DNA of 64,000 nt from Thermoplasmatota archaeon (GCA_029762535.1 JARVGK010000009.1:32001-96000); one strand, 5' to 3'. Numbered from the stretch's first letter, positions 28,058 to 39,108 are shown. Program-made: numbers and translations. The notes: generated by a model not told the origin, from the sequence alone.

Positions 28058-31000
28058 TCATAAATACAATTGACGCGCTGGTCCATTATCGATATAAATT
28101 ATCGGTGCGGTTTTCCATTCATCAATAGGGGATGGCCATTTCTTGTTCCAAGGACATACAAACATATCAGAATCTTTATTTGCCAAGCATGCACTGGTAA
28201 AATAAGCGGCTTCATTGAATGATATAATATAATCTATCAGGTATTGATCCCATATAATATCCCTATTATTATTTACTGAACTCACACCATCAGCATTTAA
28301 AACATCTCTGCCCCATGGATCTTCCTGTGTTAGGTGATTCCCTCGGTCCTCCCCAAATAATTCATTTTCTATATAATAATTAGCTTCATTTTCTCCTTTA
28401 ATTCTACTATAGAACATTACATTGTATCTGTATGATGTATCTGTTTCTCTCGATGAAGTCATAATGATCGATGATATTTCTTTTAGGTCATTAACAAAAC
28501 CACCTGAATAGCAGAAATCTAAAAGGAGTATCGATTCTTTATATGAAATATTTTCCAATTCTTCTTTCAAATCTGTATCCCACCAAATGTATTTAAAGAT
28601 TTGAAATCTTCCTCCGACAATACTATCATAATCCAAATCATCAGATAATCCCACATAATCAAATTTCCTGAATGGATCATCTTCAACAAATTCATGCGTT
28701 GCAAAACCTTCGTCAATATCAATATAATCATCAAGATCCTCTATGTATGCTAAACTGAACTCTCCTTGTCGATCCCCTTCTGCATGTATATCGTCTTGAT
28801 TCAAATCAACTCCAGTCAAATGTAATATCCTTGATGTTGAATTGTAATCATAACAATAATGCATAGTATTATTCTCATCGATCCATGCTGCTTTAACTTG
28901 CGCATCCCATTGATCATTACCCATTGGATTATATCCGTTTGTGTGATTTACTTCTCTAAATGTTCCGTTAATATATAATCTCCACCACCATTCATTTAGA
29001 TTTTGTACTAAATATATTTCTTCCATAATACTGTCATGGTTTATGTCGAATAACCAACAAAAATTTGGATCACCTTTAATATCAGGAAATTCTATAGGAT
29101 CGTTATTAAGAGGTATACCTGGACCTACTTGTTCTTGTAATGTCGTCCTCATAAAATAATATAATTCAATGGCAAATTCCTGTTCACTAATATCAGCAAA
29201 ATCTTCATGTTCATCATAATGATTTTCATCACCATTTAAGACGGTCCTACATCTACCATTTCTCCATCCAAAATCCCATTCTTCCGAATTTTTATCCCAA
29301 ATCGAATTATCATTTACATCTCCGTTATATCTAGGATCATCTTTGTAACCAACACCATGATTCCTTAATTCTATAAATATAATGTCATTCTCATCCAATT
29401 TTGGTACTATGTGATACTCGTCTATTCGTTCATTTATTTCGACTCCTCCTTCGTGATATGTAGTTTTTTGATGATATATACATGCGGGACCTCCATATTC
29501 CAATGCATCCAAAATATTTTTTAAACAGCCTTTATATGGACAACCATCCAACCAATAAGCTGTATCAGAACCACTATTTTTATATTTGTTATCATCTGTA
29601 TCATAAATCCACTCACCCTGAAATTCTTCAGGTGTTAGGTCAAAATAAAAGGACATGAATAAAACATCTTCGTCTTTCCAACCATTTGAAGATAAATAAT
29701 GTCTCATCATGGTAATATCATAAGTAAATTGAATTTCTTTAGGATGAAATATAGGTGCCATTAAAATCGCAATTCTAGAATTATGAATCATTGAATTATA
29801 TTGGATCGAATTATATGATCTTGATATTTCATAACAATCAGATATTCCGTCAGAATCTCTATCCTCTCTGAAATTCTTATAACCAGATGTTATAATAACT
29901 TCATCCATAAACCCATGAAAAAATGGTGTTTGATAAATATCCCCCCATATATTATCAGGACATCCTCCAATGTAATATTTATTTATTTCAGTTTGTACTA
30001 AATTTTCTTCAAAAATAATAGGATCATTACCTGAATAATAACAAAAATGTTTTGAATCCCAAAAACCGTTAATATACATATTTATAGTATCGTATAAATA
30101 ATGTGGTGAATTTTTTCCTTCTATTGAATATGCAACATGAGTCCAATCATAATTTTTTGATAAAAAGCCTTTTGAATAAATAATACTTTCTGTTGAAGTT
30201 TGAATATATAACCTATATCTGTTACCCATCTGTTCATATTTTAAACCAAATACAACAGGATAATTTTGATAATTCTCTGATGAATAAGGACAGACAGATA
30301 TAATTTGATCATCGTTGGTATCTATTATTTTTATCCATGCTTCAAATGTATGAACCCTAGGAATAAACACGTTGCCTACAAGATAATCGTTATTAGAATT
30401 AAAAAACACACATTTCCCGTATTTACCATTATTATTAATTGTTGGTCCTTCTCCTATCATGCCGATTTCACAATCTTCGCTAAAATATGAACTATCGATT
30501 GTAATTGATCCATCGTCAAATGTGAAGTGTTGTTTTATTATATTAACTTTCAAGGCATAATTATATATTTCAAAGTTATCTAACATTCCATGATAACCAT
30601 ATTCATTACCTCTACTACCAATAAAAATATCTTCTTCAGCAGGATATAGATTGATCACACCAAGATCCTTGCTTTTATCCAATTGACCATTTATGTATAT
30701 ATAACCCATCTGATCTTTTAATATGAACTGAATTTTATACCATTTCTCCATGGTTAAAGTACTATTTGAGGTTATTGATATTATCTTTCCATAATCGATA
30801 TTACCAATATCTTTTACAACATCGATCTTTAATTTATTATTGTTTGTGATCATTGCTTGAAATTGGCCTGCTCGATATTGTGGATCAATATATAATTGAT
30901 CATTAATATTAGAGAAAATAATTCTATCATTAGAAAACGGTTTTATATCAAATTTCATTGTCATTTCAGATTTAATATTGAAGCTATTATTATATGGTAT

Positions 31001-33538
31001 TTTTATATATTGTTTTGTTTCATAATCAACATCATCAAAATCAATACAGTTACCTGAAATGCCGTTATTATCCCAATTTGGATTAAAATTCTGCAAATAA
31101 TAGATTGTTGAATCATCAATGTTATCAGGATATGTATCATTTTCATCGACATAAATATAATATAAATCATTATTTTGATCATATCCCATTCCTTTAACTT
31201 CCTTTTCCATTCCTTGATTCGTACCTCCTATTATAGTGACATGAGCATCATAAAGAGGGAAACCGAACGGATAACATGCATATTTATATATCTTATAATC
31301 ATTATCTGAAGTATCTAATGTATTGGCAGCGCGATACATCAATGATTCTCCGAGATAAGCATTATTATTGAAATTAGTTTGATCTGATGATAATGGACCT
31401 CCACCTTCATTGAAATCAAGTTTCAAAACAGGTAATTCTAAATTTATTGGACGATATTTAGTAATAGGAGATTTATAAGAACACATAGTAAATTCATCCA
31501 AAATACCTCTAAAAAATTCATCACCATCACTTCCCAAATATAAAGAATGATATTGTCCGGGACCGGTGTTATTAAAATAATATAACGGATCACCCTGTAT
31601 AATTGAAGAATCATATAATACTCCATCTAAATATATACCAATCATTGGTTCTTGTATATTATCAAGCTGCATATGCAACCCTATTGTTGACCAAGTGTTT
31701 TCTTTATTTAAGTAAGGAGTACTAACAATATTCTCATATAAATTGCCATTATAGTAACTGTTAAATATTAATTTATATCTAATAACTTTTATGTTAGCAT
31801 CCTTTTCTATGATAAGTTTCCAAGATTCATAAGATATGATTAATGAAGTCGTTTCTACATCCATAAAATAAGGAAATACCATTATTTCAATGTGGATATT
31901 ATTATCGTACATACTATATGGATGATAAATATGATATTCAAAACCATTATTATTAAATTCAAACGCTCTTCCGTAGGGCGTAGTAGAGACAATAGATGGA
32001 GGATTATTTATTACATCGAATTGGTTAACATCAATATTATATAGATTTAAAATTGTAGGAGAACCGGAATCCATATTAAAATTAAAATGTTTATTATAAA
32101 TTTCATGATGAATTTCTATATCCTTATTTTTACCAATTATTATTTCATCTAATATTCCACTATAATATGTTGATATTCCGTCATATCCAAAAAATAAACT
32201 ATCATCAGAGAAACCGATTCCATGAATATATTCACAATCAAGATCAATGATCATATTATTATTTTCATCAAATACATCTAAATACATTATATTATCGTAA
32301 TAACGTGCATATAAATGATACCACTGATTCAATGATAATTGGATATTACTTTGTAATTTACCTTCATATTGAATTGGTCCTATCTTATTGTTAATGGAAA
32401 AAGTTAGCAACTCTTGCATACCCAATGATTCATAATATACTTTGTAACCATTGGAATGCCTACCTTCTTGCTGATTATGAGTTTTCGCTATTAAAGTAGC
32501 ATCCTCATATTCAAATTTATAATACCACAATTCTATATATAGATCTTTTCCATCCGGAACGAGTGATAGATCATTTGAATGTGGTATTTCAACACGGGAT
32601 GACAACTGACTTTGAAATTCCAATGATGATATTCCCTTGGCAGGATTATTTGTAAAAAATGCATTACAGAATGTAGATTTATCCTCATGATTCCAAGTAA
32701 TTCGATCATTTACATAAACAGTACCTGGTCCATAATTTTCATCGAAAGTCCAATAACCAACCGTATTATTCATCCAAGGAAAATCTTCAACGATCTCTGT
32801 CCAATGATAATCATCAAATCTACCAAAAAAAGAATTTTGTTCACCCAATATTAAATCACCGTTATTATCCTTTACTTTCATAGAAGATGATTTTTCAGCA
32901 ACACAACCATCATTGCTGTTTGAAGGATCGATATGGATTCTGTATATTCCACCTTCATATGAAAATCCTATAAAATGCCATAAGTTATCAATAAGATCGG
33001 TTTGTGATCGGTCAAATACAACATCGTCATTCCCAATAATATTAGGGTTTATTTGAAAATAAATAACACCGTTAATAATTTCACATATTAAACCACCATT
33101 ATTTATATCATATTTTGAAAAGATACGAGTATTTGCATTACAATATGTATATATTTTAATATTGAAATATATGCACCATTTGACTGAATTTTCAACATTT
33201 AAATTATTATTATCATTAACATAAGCTGATGAAGGATTAACAAATTCAATAGCAAAGTTAGTATCTCTTCCAGCCACCCAATTAGTTGATATCAAATTCA
33301 TTGTATTTCCATTACCCGAATCATCTCGAGTTGTTGAACCAAAACCTTCGTTAAAATAATATTCGGCTTGAATGGAATTATCAAAGAAAAAATAATTTTG
33401 ATCCAATGTTTCTGGAATTGAACTCACAAAAGGTAATAACATAGTAGATATCCATATAAATATGGCAAAATATATTTGGGCAAACCTTCTCCTTTTGTTC
33501 ACCAATTTATCATACCGGCCTTGGTAAATATTTTTCAT
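28058..33538 (-). CDS. Giant AT-rich secreted protein: multiple LamG/ConA-like domains plus C-terminal clan CD (caspase/C13-like) peptidase
   Basis: Repeated F.E..G...D / W.H / F.G.LDE LamG units; ELRNHG and LLDFCYSGGF dyad motifs; GGTGA RBS before ATG 33538. Confidence 0.8.
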   Translation of the reverse strand: MKNIYQGRYDKLVNKRRRFAQIYFAIFIWISTMLLPFVSSIPETLDQNYFFFDNSIQAEYYFNEGFGSTTRDDSGNGNTMNLISTNWVAGRDTNFAIEFVNPSSAYVNDNNNLNVENSVKWCIYFNIKIYTYCNANTRIFSKYDINNGGLICEIINGVIYFQINPNIIGNDDVVFDRSQTDLIDNLWHFIGFSYEGGIYRIHIDPSNSNDGCVAEKSSSMKVKDNNGDLILGEQNSFFGRFDDYHWTEIVEDFPWMNNTVGYWTFDENYGPGTVYVNDRITWNHEDKSTFCNAFFTNNPAKGISSLEFQSQLSSRVEIPHSNDLSLVPDGKDLYIELWYYKFEYEDATLIAKTHNQQEGRHSNGYKVYYESLGMQELLTFSINNKIGPIQYEGKLQSNIQLSLNQWYHLYARYYDNIMYLDVFDENNNMIIDLDCEYIHGIGFSDDSLFFGYDGISTYYSGILDEIIIGKNKDIEIHHEIYNKHFNFNMDSGSPTILNLYNIDVNQFDVINNPPSIVSTTPYGRAFEFNNNGFEYHIYHPYSMYDNNIHIEIMVFPYFMDVETTSLIISYESWKLIIEKDANIKVIRYKLIFNSYYNGNLYENIVSTPYLNKENTWSTIGLHMQLDNIQEPMIGIYLDGVLYDSSIIQGDPLYYFNNTGPGQYHSLYLGSDGDEFFRGILDEFTMCSYKSPITKYRPINLELPVLKLDFNEGGGPLSSDQTNFNNNAYLGESLMYRAANTLDTSDNDYKIYKYACYPFGFPLYDAHVTIIGGTNQGMEKEVKGMGYDQNNDLYYIYVDENDTYPDNIDDSTIYYLQNFNPNWDNNGISGNCIDFDDVDYETKQYIKIPYNNSFNIKSEMTMKFDIKPFSNDRIIFSNINDQLYIDPQYRAGQFQAMITNNNKLKIDVVKDIGNIDYGKIISITSNSTLTMEKWYKIQFILKDQMGYIYINGQLDKSKDLGVINLYPAEEDIFIGSRGNEYGYHGMLDNFEIYNYALKVNIIKQHFTFDDGSITIDSSYFSEDCEIGMIGEGPTINNNGKYGKCVFFNSNNDYLVGNVFIPRVHTFEAWIKIIDTNDDQIISVCPYSSENYQNYPVVFGLKYEQMGNRYRLYIQTSTESIIYSKGFLSKNYDWTHVAYSIEGKNSPHYLYDTINMYINGFWDSKHFCYYSGNDPIIFEENLVQTEINKYYIGGCPDNIWGDIYQTPFFHGFMDEVIITSGYKNFREDRDSDGISDCYEISRSYNSIQYNSMIHNSRIAILMAPIFHPKEIQFTYDITMMRHYLSSNGWKDEDVLFMSFYFDLTPEEFQGEWIYDTDDNKYKNSGSDTAYWLDGCPYKGCLKNILDALEYGGPACIYHQKTTYHEGGVEINERIDEYHIVPKLDENDIIFIELRNHGVGYKDDPRYNGDVNDNSIWDKNSEEWDFGWRNGRCRTVLNGDENHYDEHEDFADISEQEFAIELYYFMRTTLQEQVGPGIPLNNDPIEFPDIKGDPNFCWLFDINHDSIMEEIYLVQNLNEWWWRLYINGTFREVNHTNGYNPMGNDQWDAQVKAAWIDENNTMHYCYDYNSTSRILHLTGVDLNQDDIHAEGDRQGEFSLAYIEDLDDYIDIDEGFATHEFVEDDPFRKFDYVGLSDDLDYDSIVGGRFQIFKYIWWDTDLKEELENISYKESILLLDFCYSGGFVNDLKEISSIIMTSSRETDTSYRYNVMFYSRIKGENEANYYIENELFGEDRGNHLTQEDPWGRDVLNADGVSSVNNNRDIIWDQYLIDYIISFNEAAYFTSACLANKDSDMFVCPWNKKWPSPIDEWKTAPIIYIDNGPARQLYL

Positions 33539-33542
33539 ATTA

Positions 33543-34049
33543 TCACCTTTCTTCCTCAAATAATATCACCGTATCAATTACGGTACATTCTTTCCTATAA
33601 CTAAATTTGATAAACTCCATTAAATAAATTTCATCAAAACTGTTTACAGTCGAATAATTAAGCATAATGGTGATATCGAATAGATTAGAATTATATTCTA
33701 TGATAGTTACCATAAAAGTGATGTTAGGTATATCATAAGTTATTATATCTTGACAGGAATTATCAAATTCATTACCTCTAGAAATTCCGGTATTTAATGG
33801 GCAATATTCTATACGGTTATCAGAATCTAAATTAACATAGAAAATATGCTCTATAATATCGTAAGATGATTCCATCACTCTGATAATCTGCTCAATATCC
33901 CTCCCGCTTGAGATCTTTCTATGATCAACGTACAGATAATTCATCATAAACTCAGAAGTCCATGGAACATCTTCGTAGTTAGCGAATCCCTTTAATGCCG
34001 GATCGCTTCCCACTGCTTGTTTGCTCGGATCACCCGGGATCCCCCTCAT
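33543..34049 (-). CDS. Hypothetical AT-rich protein
   Basis: Open frame in AT-rich DNA ending at the RBS of the LamG gene; start uncertain. Confidence 0.5.
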   Translation of the reverse strand: MRGIPGDPSKQAVGSDPALKGFANYEDVPWTSEFMMNYLYVDHRKISSGRDIEQIIRVMESSYDIIEHIFYVNLDSDNRIEYCPLNTGISRGNEFDNSCQDIITYDIPNITFMVTIIEYNSNLFDITIMLNYSTVNSFDEIYLMEFIKFSYRKECTVIDTVILFEEER

Positions 34050-34721
34050 ACGGTTCACCTTGATATGTAAGGATGTGACAATATATAAAACCAACGATAA
34101 ATAAATATATATTATATTATATTATATTCTACATAGAATCTATATAGGATATGATGATGGGATCCCCCGAGATCCCCTCCACCTTCTCGGTAATTTTATT
34201 TCCACTACTATCACTCATATCAAGATCGATCAATTGCCCTTGAAAAGATCCTATTTCGAATTTATGATGATGGAGGTCCATCGATCGAATTGATCTATGT
34301 CCATGGGATCGATGATCTTTGGGGATCGGTGTTTTTAGCGATCTATAGAGACAATACCGCAGAGGGGGTCGTAAAATACCGAAATTATTTCCTCGAGCCC
34401 ATCGAGTGGATACGAATTAATATCAGATAATTATAATAAATGAATGATATAAAAAGGGCGATCCTTTAATAGTATAATTAAATTATATCGATCCATTATA
34501 ATAAAACAGGCCCTGGATCTCGCTTATCCCGTCAAACACAGGAGAAAGGTCCCCTTCGAACCTCACCTTGAGGTCGGTCCGGAAATAGCCTCCCTTAACG
34601 CCGAGATATTTCGCCTAGAGAACGAGATGAACAGGTTCATCCTATCGGCCAAGAATTACTCCGACTCAGGGGCGCCTTTTTCAGGATATCGTTATATCAG
34701 AGGTCAAAGAAAAGGCCAGGA

Positions 34722-36005
34722 TCATTCCCTGAAGAAGGATCGTTCCAGTTCCCCCGAGATCTCACGCGCCCTCTCCGAGATGTCGTTCCCATTCCCATCC
34801 TTCCCGTCAAGGTATATCCACTCCCCATGGACCATGGTCCCGCGGACCATGGACCCCGTCGCGGCATAGACCAGGGCGGATGCGAGGTTCTCCCTCCTCA
34901 AGGGGAGGATCCCCGGATCGATATCGAGGAGGGCCAGGTCCGCTATCCTTCCTTCTTCTATCGCGCCTCCGTTGAGGCGCAATATCGAATTGCCCCCGAG
35001 CGTGGCGGCATGGAGGGCGTCCATCGCCCTGCAGGCGGCCGGATCCCAGTACTGCCCCTTCTGGACCAGGGCCATCTCCTTCATCTCCCTGAACATGTCG
35101 AGAGAATTATTGGATGCTGCGGAGTCCGTTCCCAGCCCGATCCGGATCCCCTTGGCCTTCAGGTCCCTGAAGGGGAAGAAGCCTCCCGTTCCAAGCTTGA
35201 GGTTCGACGAGGGGCAGTGTACGACCGAGGATCGGGCCTCCGCGATCCTGTTGAACTCCCAGGACGCGGCCCATCCCAGATGGGCCAGTACAGTGTGCTC
35301 GTGGAGAGCCCCGTTCGCGTCGAGCCTCTCGACCGCGAGCTTGCCGGTAACCTTCCTGCTCGAGAACACCTCCTCCCTCGTCTCCGAGCAGTGAACGTGA
35401 AGGGGGATCCCCAGTTCTTTCGACAGATCGGCGGCCTTGGCCATGGTCTCGTCGTCGTTGGTGTAGATCGAATGCAGGTTGACGACGGGGAGGATATTCT
35501 CATTTCCCCGGTAGAGGTCGTGGAATTCCCTGGTCTGGTCCAGCCTCTCTTCGGGGGGGGCGAACTTCGATATCAGGGCAGGGCCGTTCGCCATCCGGAT
35601 CCCCGCCTTCTCCGCGGCCCGGGCCGCTTCGAAGGCCTCGTACTGGTCCATACACGCCGTCGTCCCGTACCTTGCCATCTCGAGGAAGGCAAGCTCCGAG
35701 GCGAGACGCGCCGCCTCCCCCGTCAGCTTCGGCTCGATCTCCCACATCGACTCAAGCCAATCGTTCAAGGGTGCATCGTCGTTCAGGCCCCGAAGCGCGA
35801 TCATCGACGAGTGGGTATGGGCGTTCACGAGCCCGGGGATCAATATGCATCCCGAGCAATCCATGACCTCATCCCCTCTCTGCTTACCGCCTCCAACGGA
35901 TGCGATCCTCCCGTCCTCGATCCGAACATCGACGTTCTCGAGGATCCCTTTCCCGCCCATGCTCAGGCAGTACCTGACCTTCTCAAGCATCAATGGCTCC
36001 CTCAT
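34722..36005 (-). CDS. Amidohydrolase, MTA/SAH deaminase-like
   Basis: PGLVNAHTH, HVHCSE, HCPSSNLKL and GTD motifs. Confidence 0.88.
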   Translation of the reverse strand: MREPLMLEKVRYCLSMGGKGILENVDVRIEDGRIASVGGGKQRGDEVMDCSGCILIPGLVNAHTHSSMIALRGLNDDAPLNDWLESMWEIEPKLTGEAARLASELAFLEMARYGTTACMDQYEAFEAARAAEKAGIRMANGPALISKFAPPEERLDQTREFHDLYRGNENILPVVNLHSIYTNDDETMAKAADLSKELGIPLHVHCSETREEVFSSRKVTGKLAVERLDANGALHEHTVLAHLGWAASWEFNRIAEARSSVVHCPSSNLKLGTGGFFPFRDLKAKGIRIGLGTDSAASNNSLDMFREMKEMALVQKGQYWDPAACRAMDALHAATLGGNSILRLNGGAIEEGRIADLALLDIDPGILPLRRENLASALVYAATGSMVRGTMVHGEWIYLDGKDGNGNDISERAREISGELERSFFRE

Positions 36006-36673
36006 GCGAGTTTAGCCTCCTCTATGACGAATCTGGCATTGTACTCTCCCTCCACCTCCACCTGGCCTTTGACCTCAAGGCGCTTCGGGAACAAGGGAGC
36101 GGAAAGGATCAACGTCTCCGCCTCACCTCCCTCGAAGGCGGGGTGGGGCCCCCATCTCTTCGAGATGGACATGAACCGCTCGAGCATGGAGTTATCCACC
36201 GGCATCCCCAGGTCCGAGGGCTTGAAACCGGCCGAAGAATATGACAGCAGCATGTAGGAGAAACCCTGCTCCAGCAGCTCCCGCATGTACCTGGCCCCAT
36301 CTTTCCTCCACAGAGGGGTGTACGATATCAATCCCGCATCCATCGCGCACGCCGAGAACTTCATCCTCTGGAAGTCCGAGAGAAGGGCCCCTGAGCATAT
36401 CGCATCAAGGCCGTATCTCGCCTTGAGGTCCTTGAGGACCGATGTGAGATGCTCCGATTCCCCTTCCTCGGGAGCCTCCACGATCTCCGTCGGGATCCCT
36501 GTCATGCCCTGGTAGAGATTGGAGATCTCGATCCCGGGGGAGTGATACAGGTAGGAATCCCGATCCGAGGGTTTCACTACCAGAAGAACGGGGACCTCCA
36601 TCCCTGAGAGGAGGATCCTATGGAGGGCATAGGCCGAATCCTTGCCCCCGCTGAAAAGGCAGCAGACCTTCAT
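36002..36673 (-). CDS. dph6: Diphthine-ammonia ligase
   Basis: PP-loop SGGKDS, GALLSDFQ, PLW and EGGEAET. Confidence 0.85.
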   Translation of the reverse strand: MKVCCLFSGGKDSAYALHRILLSGMEVPVLLVVKPSDRDSYLYHSPGIEISNLYQGMTGIPTEIVEAPEEGESEHLTSVLKDLKARYGLDAICSGALLSDFQRMKFSACAMDAGLISYTPLWRKDGARYMRELLEQGFSYMLLSYSSAGFKPSDLGMPVDNSMLERFMSISKRWGPHPAFEGGEAETLILSAPLFPKRLEVKGQVEVEGEYNARFVIEEAKLA

Positions 36674-36724
36674 CCGAAGGTTATGCGCTCCCGATATATT
36701 GTCCTTTACTGAGCGTGTTATTAG

Positions 36725-36821
36725 TATTGGATAATGAATTTATTTCTCTATCCGATACTAAATTGTGAAGTGACATATTGTGAATATGTATCGGATAAGT
36801 CTAAATAGTATCTATCCGATA
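36725..36821. promoter_or_regulatory. Two spaced inverted repeats TATYGGATA-N15-TATCCGATA upstream of fic
   Basis: Copies at 36725-36757 and 36789-36821 with identical 15-nt spacer length. Confidence 0.65.
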
Positions 36822-36828
36822 TAAATCT

Positions 36829-37740
36829 GTGTACATAGAGACCGATCTTCTCGATCGTATAAGCGATCTTAGGTGCAAACTGGATTCGCTCAGGCCACTG
36901 GACAGATCCATACTTGAAAAGTTGTATCATGAGATCGAGATCGACATGACCTACAACTCCACCGCAATCGAAGGGAACACACTGACCGTGAGCGAGACCA
37001 GACGTGTGCTCGAATACGGGATCACAGTGGGTGGAAAGACATTGAGGGAACATCTTGAGGTGACCAATCACCGATCGGCGATGGGGTTCATCGAATCGCT
37101 GGTCTCAAAGCCCCGGATCGAGGTGCTGGACACGCTCAACCTTCACGCCCTGGTCATCGACAGGATCGATCCCGTCAATGCCGGAACGTTAAGGAGGGGG
37201 CGGGTTTACATCTCGGGGTCGTCTTTCATTCCTCCGAAACCTTCGGCGATACCAGAGTTGATGTCCTGTTTCAGCAAGAGGTTCGATCAGAGACCCGAGA
37301 TCGCAGTGGAGGAGGGGGCTCTACTCCATATGGAGTTCGTGAACATACACCCGTTCGTCGATGGGAACGGAAGGTGCGCGAGGCTCCTGCTTAATCTGTA
37401 TTTGATGAGGAACGGCTATCCACCGATCGTCGTCAAGAAGATCGATCGGAAGAGGTACATCGATACCATCGTATCGTCCCAGGTCCGGGGCGATCATGCG
37501 CCCTTCGTGAACTTCGTCGCCATGAACCTGGCCCAGGCACTGGAGCTATGGATAGACGCCTTCTCCAGCGAACCGAAGGACTACATCTCCCTTTTCGAAG
37601 CGGCAAGGAGGAGTAGATACTCCCAGGAATACCTCTCCCTCCTCGCTAGGACGGGGAGGGTCCCTGCCGTAAAGTTCGGCCGGAACTGGAAGATCGCGAT
37701 AGAGGACCTTGAGAGATATGAGCGCGAACATGGTCGATGA
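36829..37740 (+). CDS. Fic family protein with C-terminal excisionase-like HTH
   Basis: HPFVDGNGRCAR; autoinhibitory STAIEGN; C-terminal ISLFEAA...GRVPAVKFGRNWKI. Confidence 0.92.
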   Translation: MYIETDLLDRISDLRCKLDSLRPLDRSILEKLYHEIEIDMTYNSTAIEGNTLTVSETRRVLEYGITVGGKTLREHLEVTNHRSAMGFIESLVSKPRIEVLDTLNLHALVIDRIDPVNAGTLRRGRVYISGSSFIPPKPSAIPELMSCFSKRFDQRPEIAVEEGALLHMEFVNIHPFVDGNGRCARLLLNLYLMRNGYPPIVVKKIDRKRYIDTIVSSQVRGDHAPFVNFVAMNLAQALELWIDAFSSEPKDYISLFEAARRSRYSQEYLSLLARTGRVPAVKFGRNWKIAIEDLERYEREHGR

Positions 37741-37746
37741 GTGCCT

Positions 37747-38862
37747 TCACATCAGGTTCTCGGGATTCAAGCCCTTCAGCTCATCGAGAACGAAGATCCC
37801 GTCCTTCCTGATGAGGACGTCGTCGAAGTAGATCTCGCCTCCGCCCCAGTCAGGGGACTGGATCAGGACTATGTCCCAGTGCACCTTGGAGCGGTTCCCG
37901 TTGAACGCCATGTCATAGGAGTTCCCCGGAGTGAAGTGGATCGATCCCGCGATCTTCTCGTCGAAAAGGGTATCCAGCATGGGCTTCGTTACGAACGGGT
38001 TCACCCCTATCGCGAACTCGCCCACGTACCTCGCGCCCTCGTCCGTGTCGAAGATCTCATTCATCGCCAGGGTGTTCGAGGAGGTCGCCTCGACGATCTT
38101 CCCGTCCTTGAACCTGAGAGTTATGTTGTCGAAGACCTTGCCCTCGTATAGGGTCTTCGTGTTGTAGCGTATCGTCCCGTTCACGGAGTCCTTCACCGGG
38201 GCGGTGAACACCTCCCCGTCGGGGATGTTCAATTCCCCGTCGCATTTTATCACAGGTATGTCCTTGATGGAGAAGGTCAGATCGGTCCCGGGGGCGACGA
38301 TCCTCACCCTATCGGTCCTCTTCATGAGTTCCACAAGGGGATCCATGGCCCTGCTCATCTTGGTGTAATCGAGAGTGCAAGTGTTAAAGTAGAAGTCCTC
38401 GAACGCCTCCGTTGACATCTCGGCCTGCTGGGCCATCGATGATGTGGGCCATCTCAGGACCACCCATCTGGTCTTCGGGACCCTCCAGTTGATGTGGACC
38501 GGGCCCCACCAATGCTCCTTGTAATGTGCCATCCTATCGGCCGGCACATCGGACGTCTCAGTGATGTTCAATGACCCCCTCAGACCGATGTATGCCTGGG
38601 CGTTCTTCATCTTCGCAAGCTCGATCTCGCCGTAGAGCTTCATCGTTTCCGCATCGGTGTTCATGTAGAGTTTCCGAAGGACCCTGGCGTTCTTCTGTGA
38701 AAGGAGGGGGGTCCCACCCACTGAATACACCTTGTCCACAAGTATCTCGACCATCTCGAGCGGGATATCGAACGTCTCGATGTAAACCACCTCTCCCTTC
38801 TTCAGTTTGGTCGAGTGGTCTATGAGCACCTCTGCAAGCTTCTTCATCCGTGGATCGTACAT
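37747..38862 (-). CDS. M29 family aminopeptidase (AmpS/PepS type)
   Basis: NIPDGEVFTAP, GEFAIG, LFDEKIAGSIH and SKVHWD. Confidence 0.92.
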   Translation of the reverse strand: MYDPRMKKLAEVLIDHSTKLKKGEVVYIETFDIPLEMVEILVDKVYSVGGTPLLSQKNARVLRKLYMNTDAETMKLYGEIELAKMKNAQAYIGLRGSLNITETSDVPADRMAHYKEHWWGPVHINWRVPKTRWVVLRWPTSSMAQQAEMSTEAFEDFYFNTCTLDYTKMSRAMDPLVELMKRTDRVRIVAPGTDLTFSIKDIPVIKCDGELNIPDGEVFTAPVKDSVNGTIRYNTKTLYEGKVFDNITLRFKDGKIVEATSSNTLAMNEIFDTDEGARYVGEFAIGVNPFVTKPMLDTLFDEKIAGSIHFTPGNSYDMAFNGNRSKVHWDIVLIQSPDWGGGEIYFDDVLIRKDGIFVLDELKGLNPENLM

Positions 38863-38933
38863 GATAACTACCCGGGATGTAGAAGGCATATTCTTATAAA
38901 AGGATTTTATAAAAAACCCTCATGAGCCAAGGC

Positions 38934-39055
38934 TCACAACATAGCATGAAGATATCTGTCGGGTTTTTTCGTAAGTCCCTCTCGTCGCTAACACCTCGTT
39001 ACGGGACTTCGAAACCCAGCACAACCATATCGTCGCTTACTCATTACCGTTGTGC
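38934..39055 (+). other. Orphan attC-like long imperfect hairpin
   Basis: Ends CACAAC / GTTGTG; inner arms GATAT/ATATC and GGGTT..TTCGtAAGTCCC / GGGACTT-CGAAACCC. Confidence 0.4.
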
Positions 39056-39108
39056 GGGGGTATGAAGAAAAAACCGCTTCCAAACGTCCTATCTTCATAC
39101 CAATAAGA

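Noticed and set aside
28513-29359. Intein as the explanation for the His-Cys insert
   Set aside because: No splice-junction or LAGLIDADG motifs recognised.
34722-34735. Shared tcattccctgaaga at the stops of the amidohydrolase and yhbY (59895)
   Set aside because: Both proteins end in FRE*; a short match best explained by chance.
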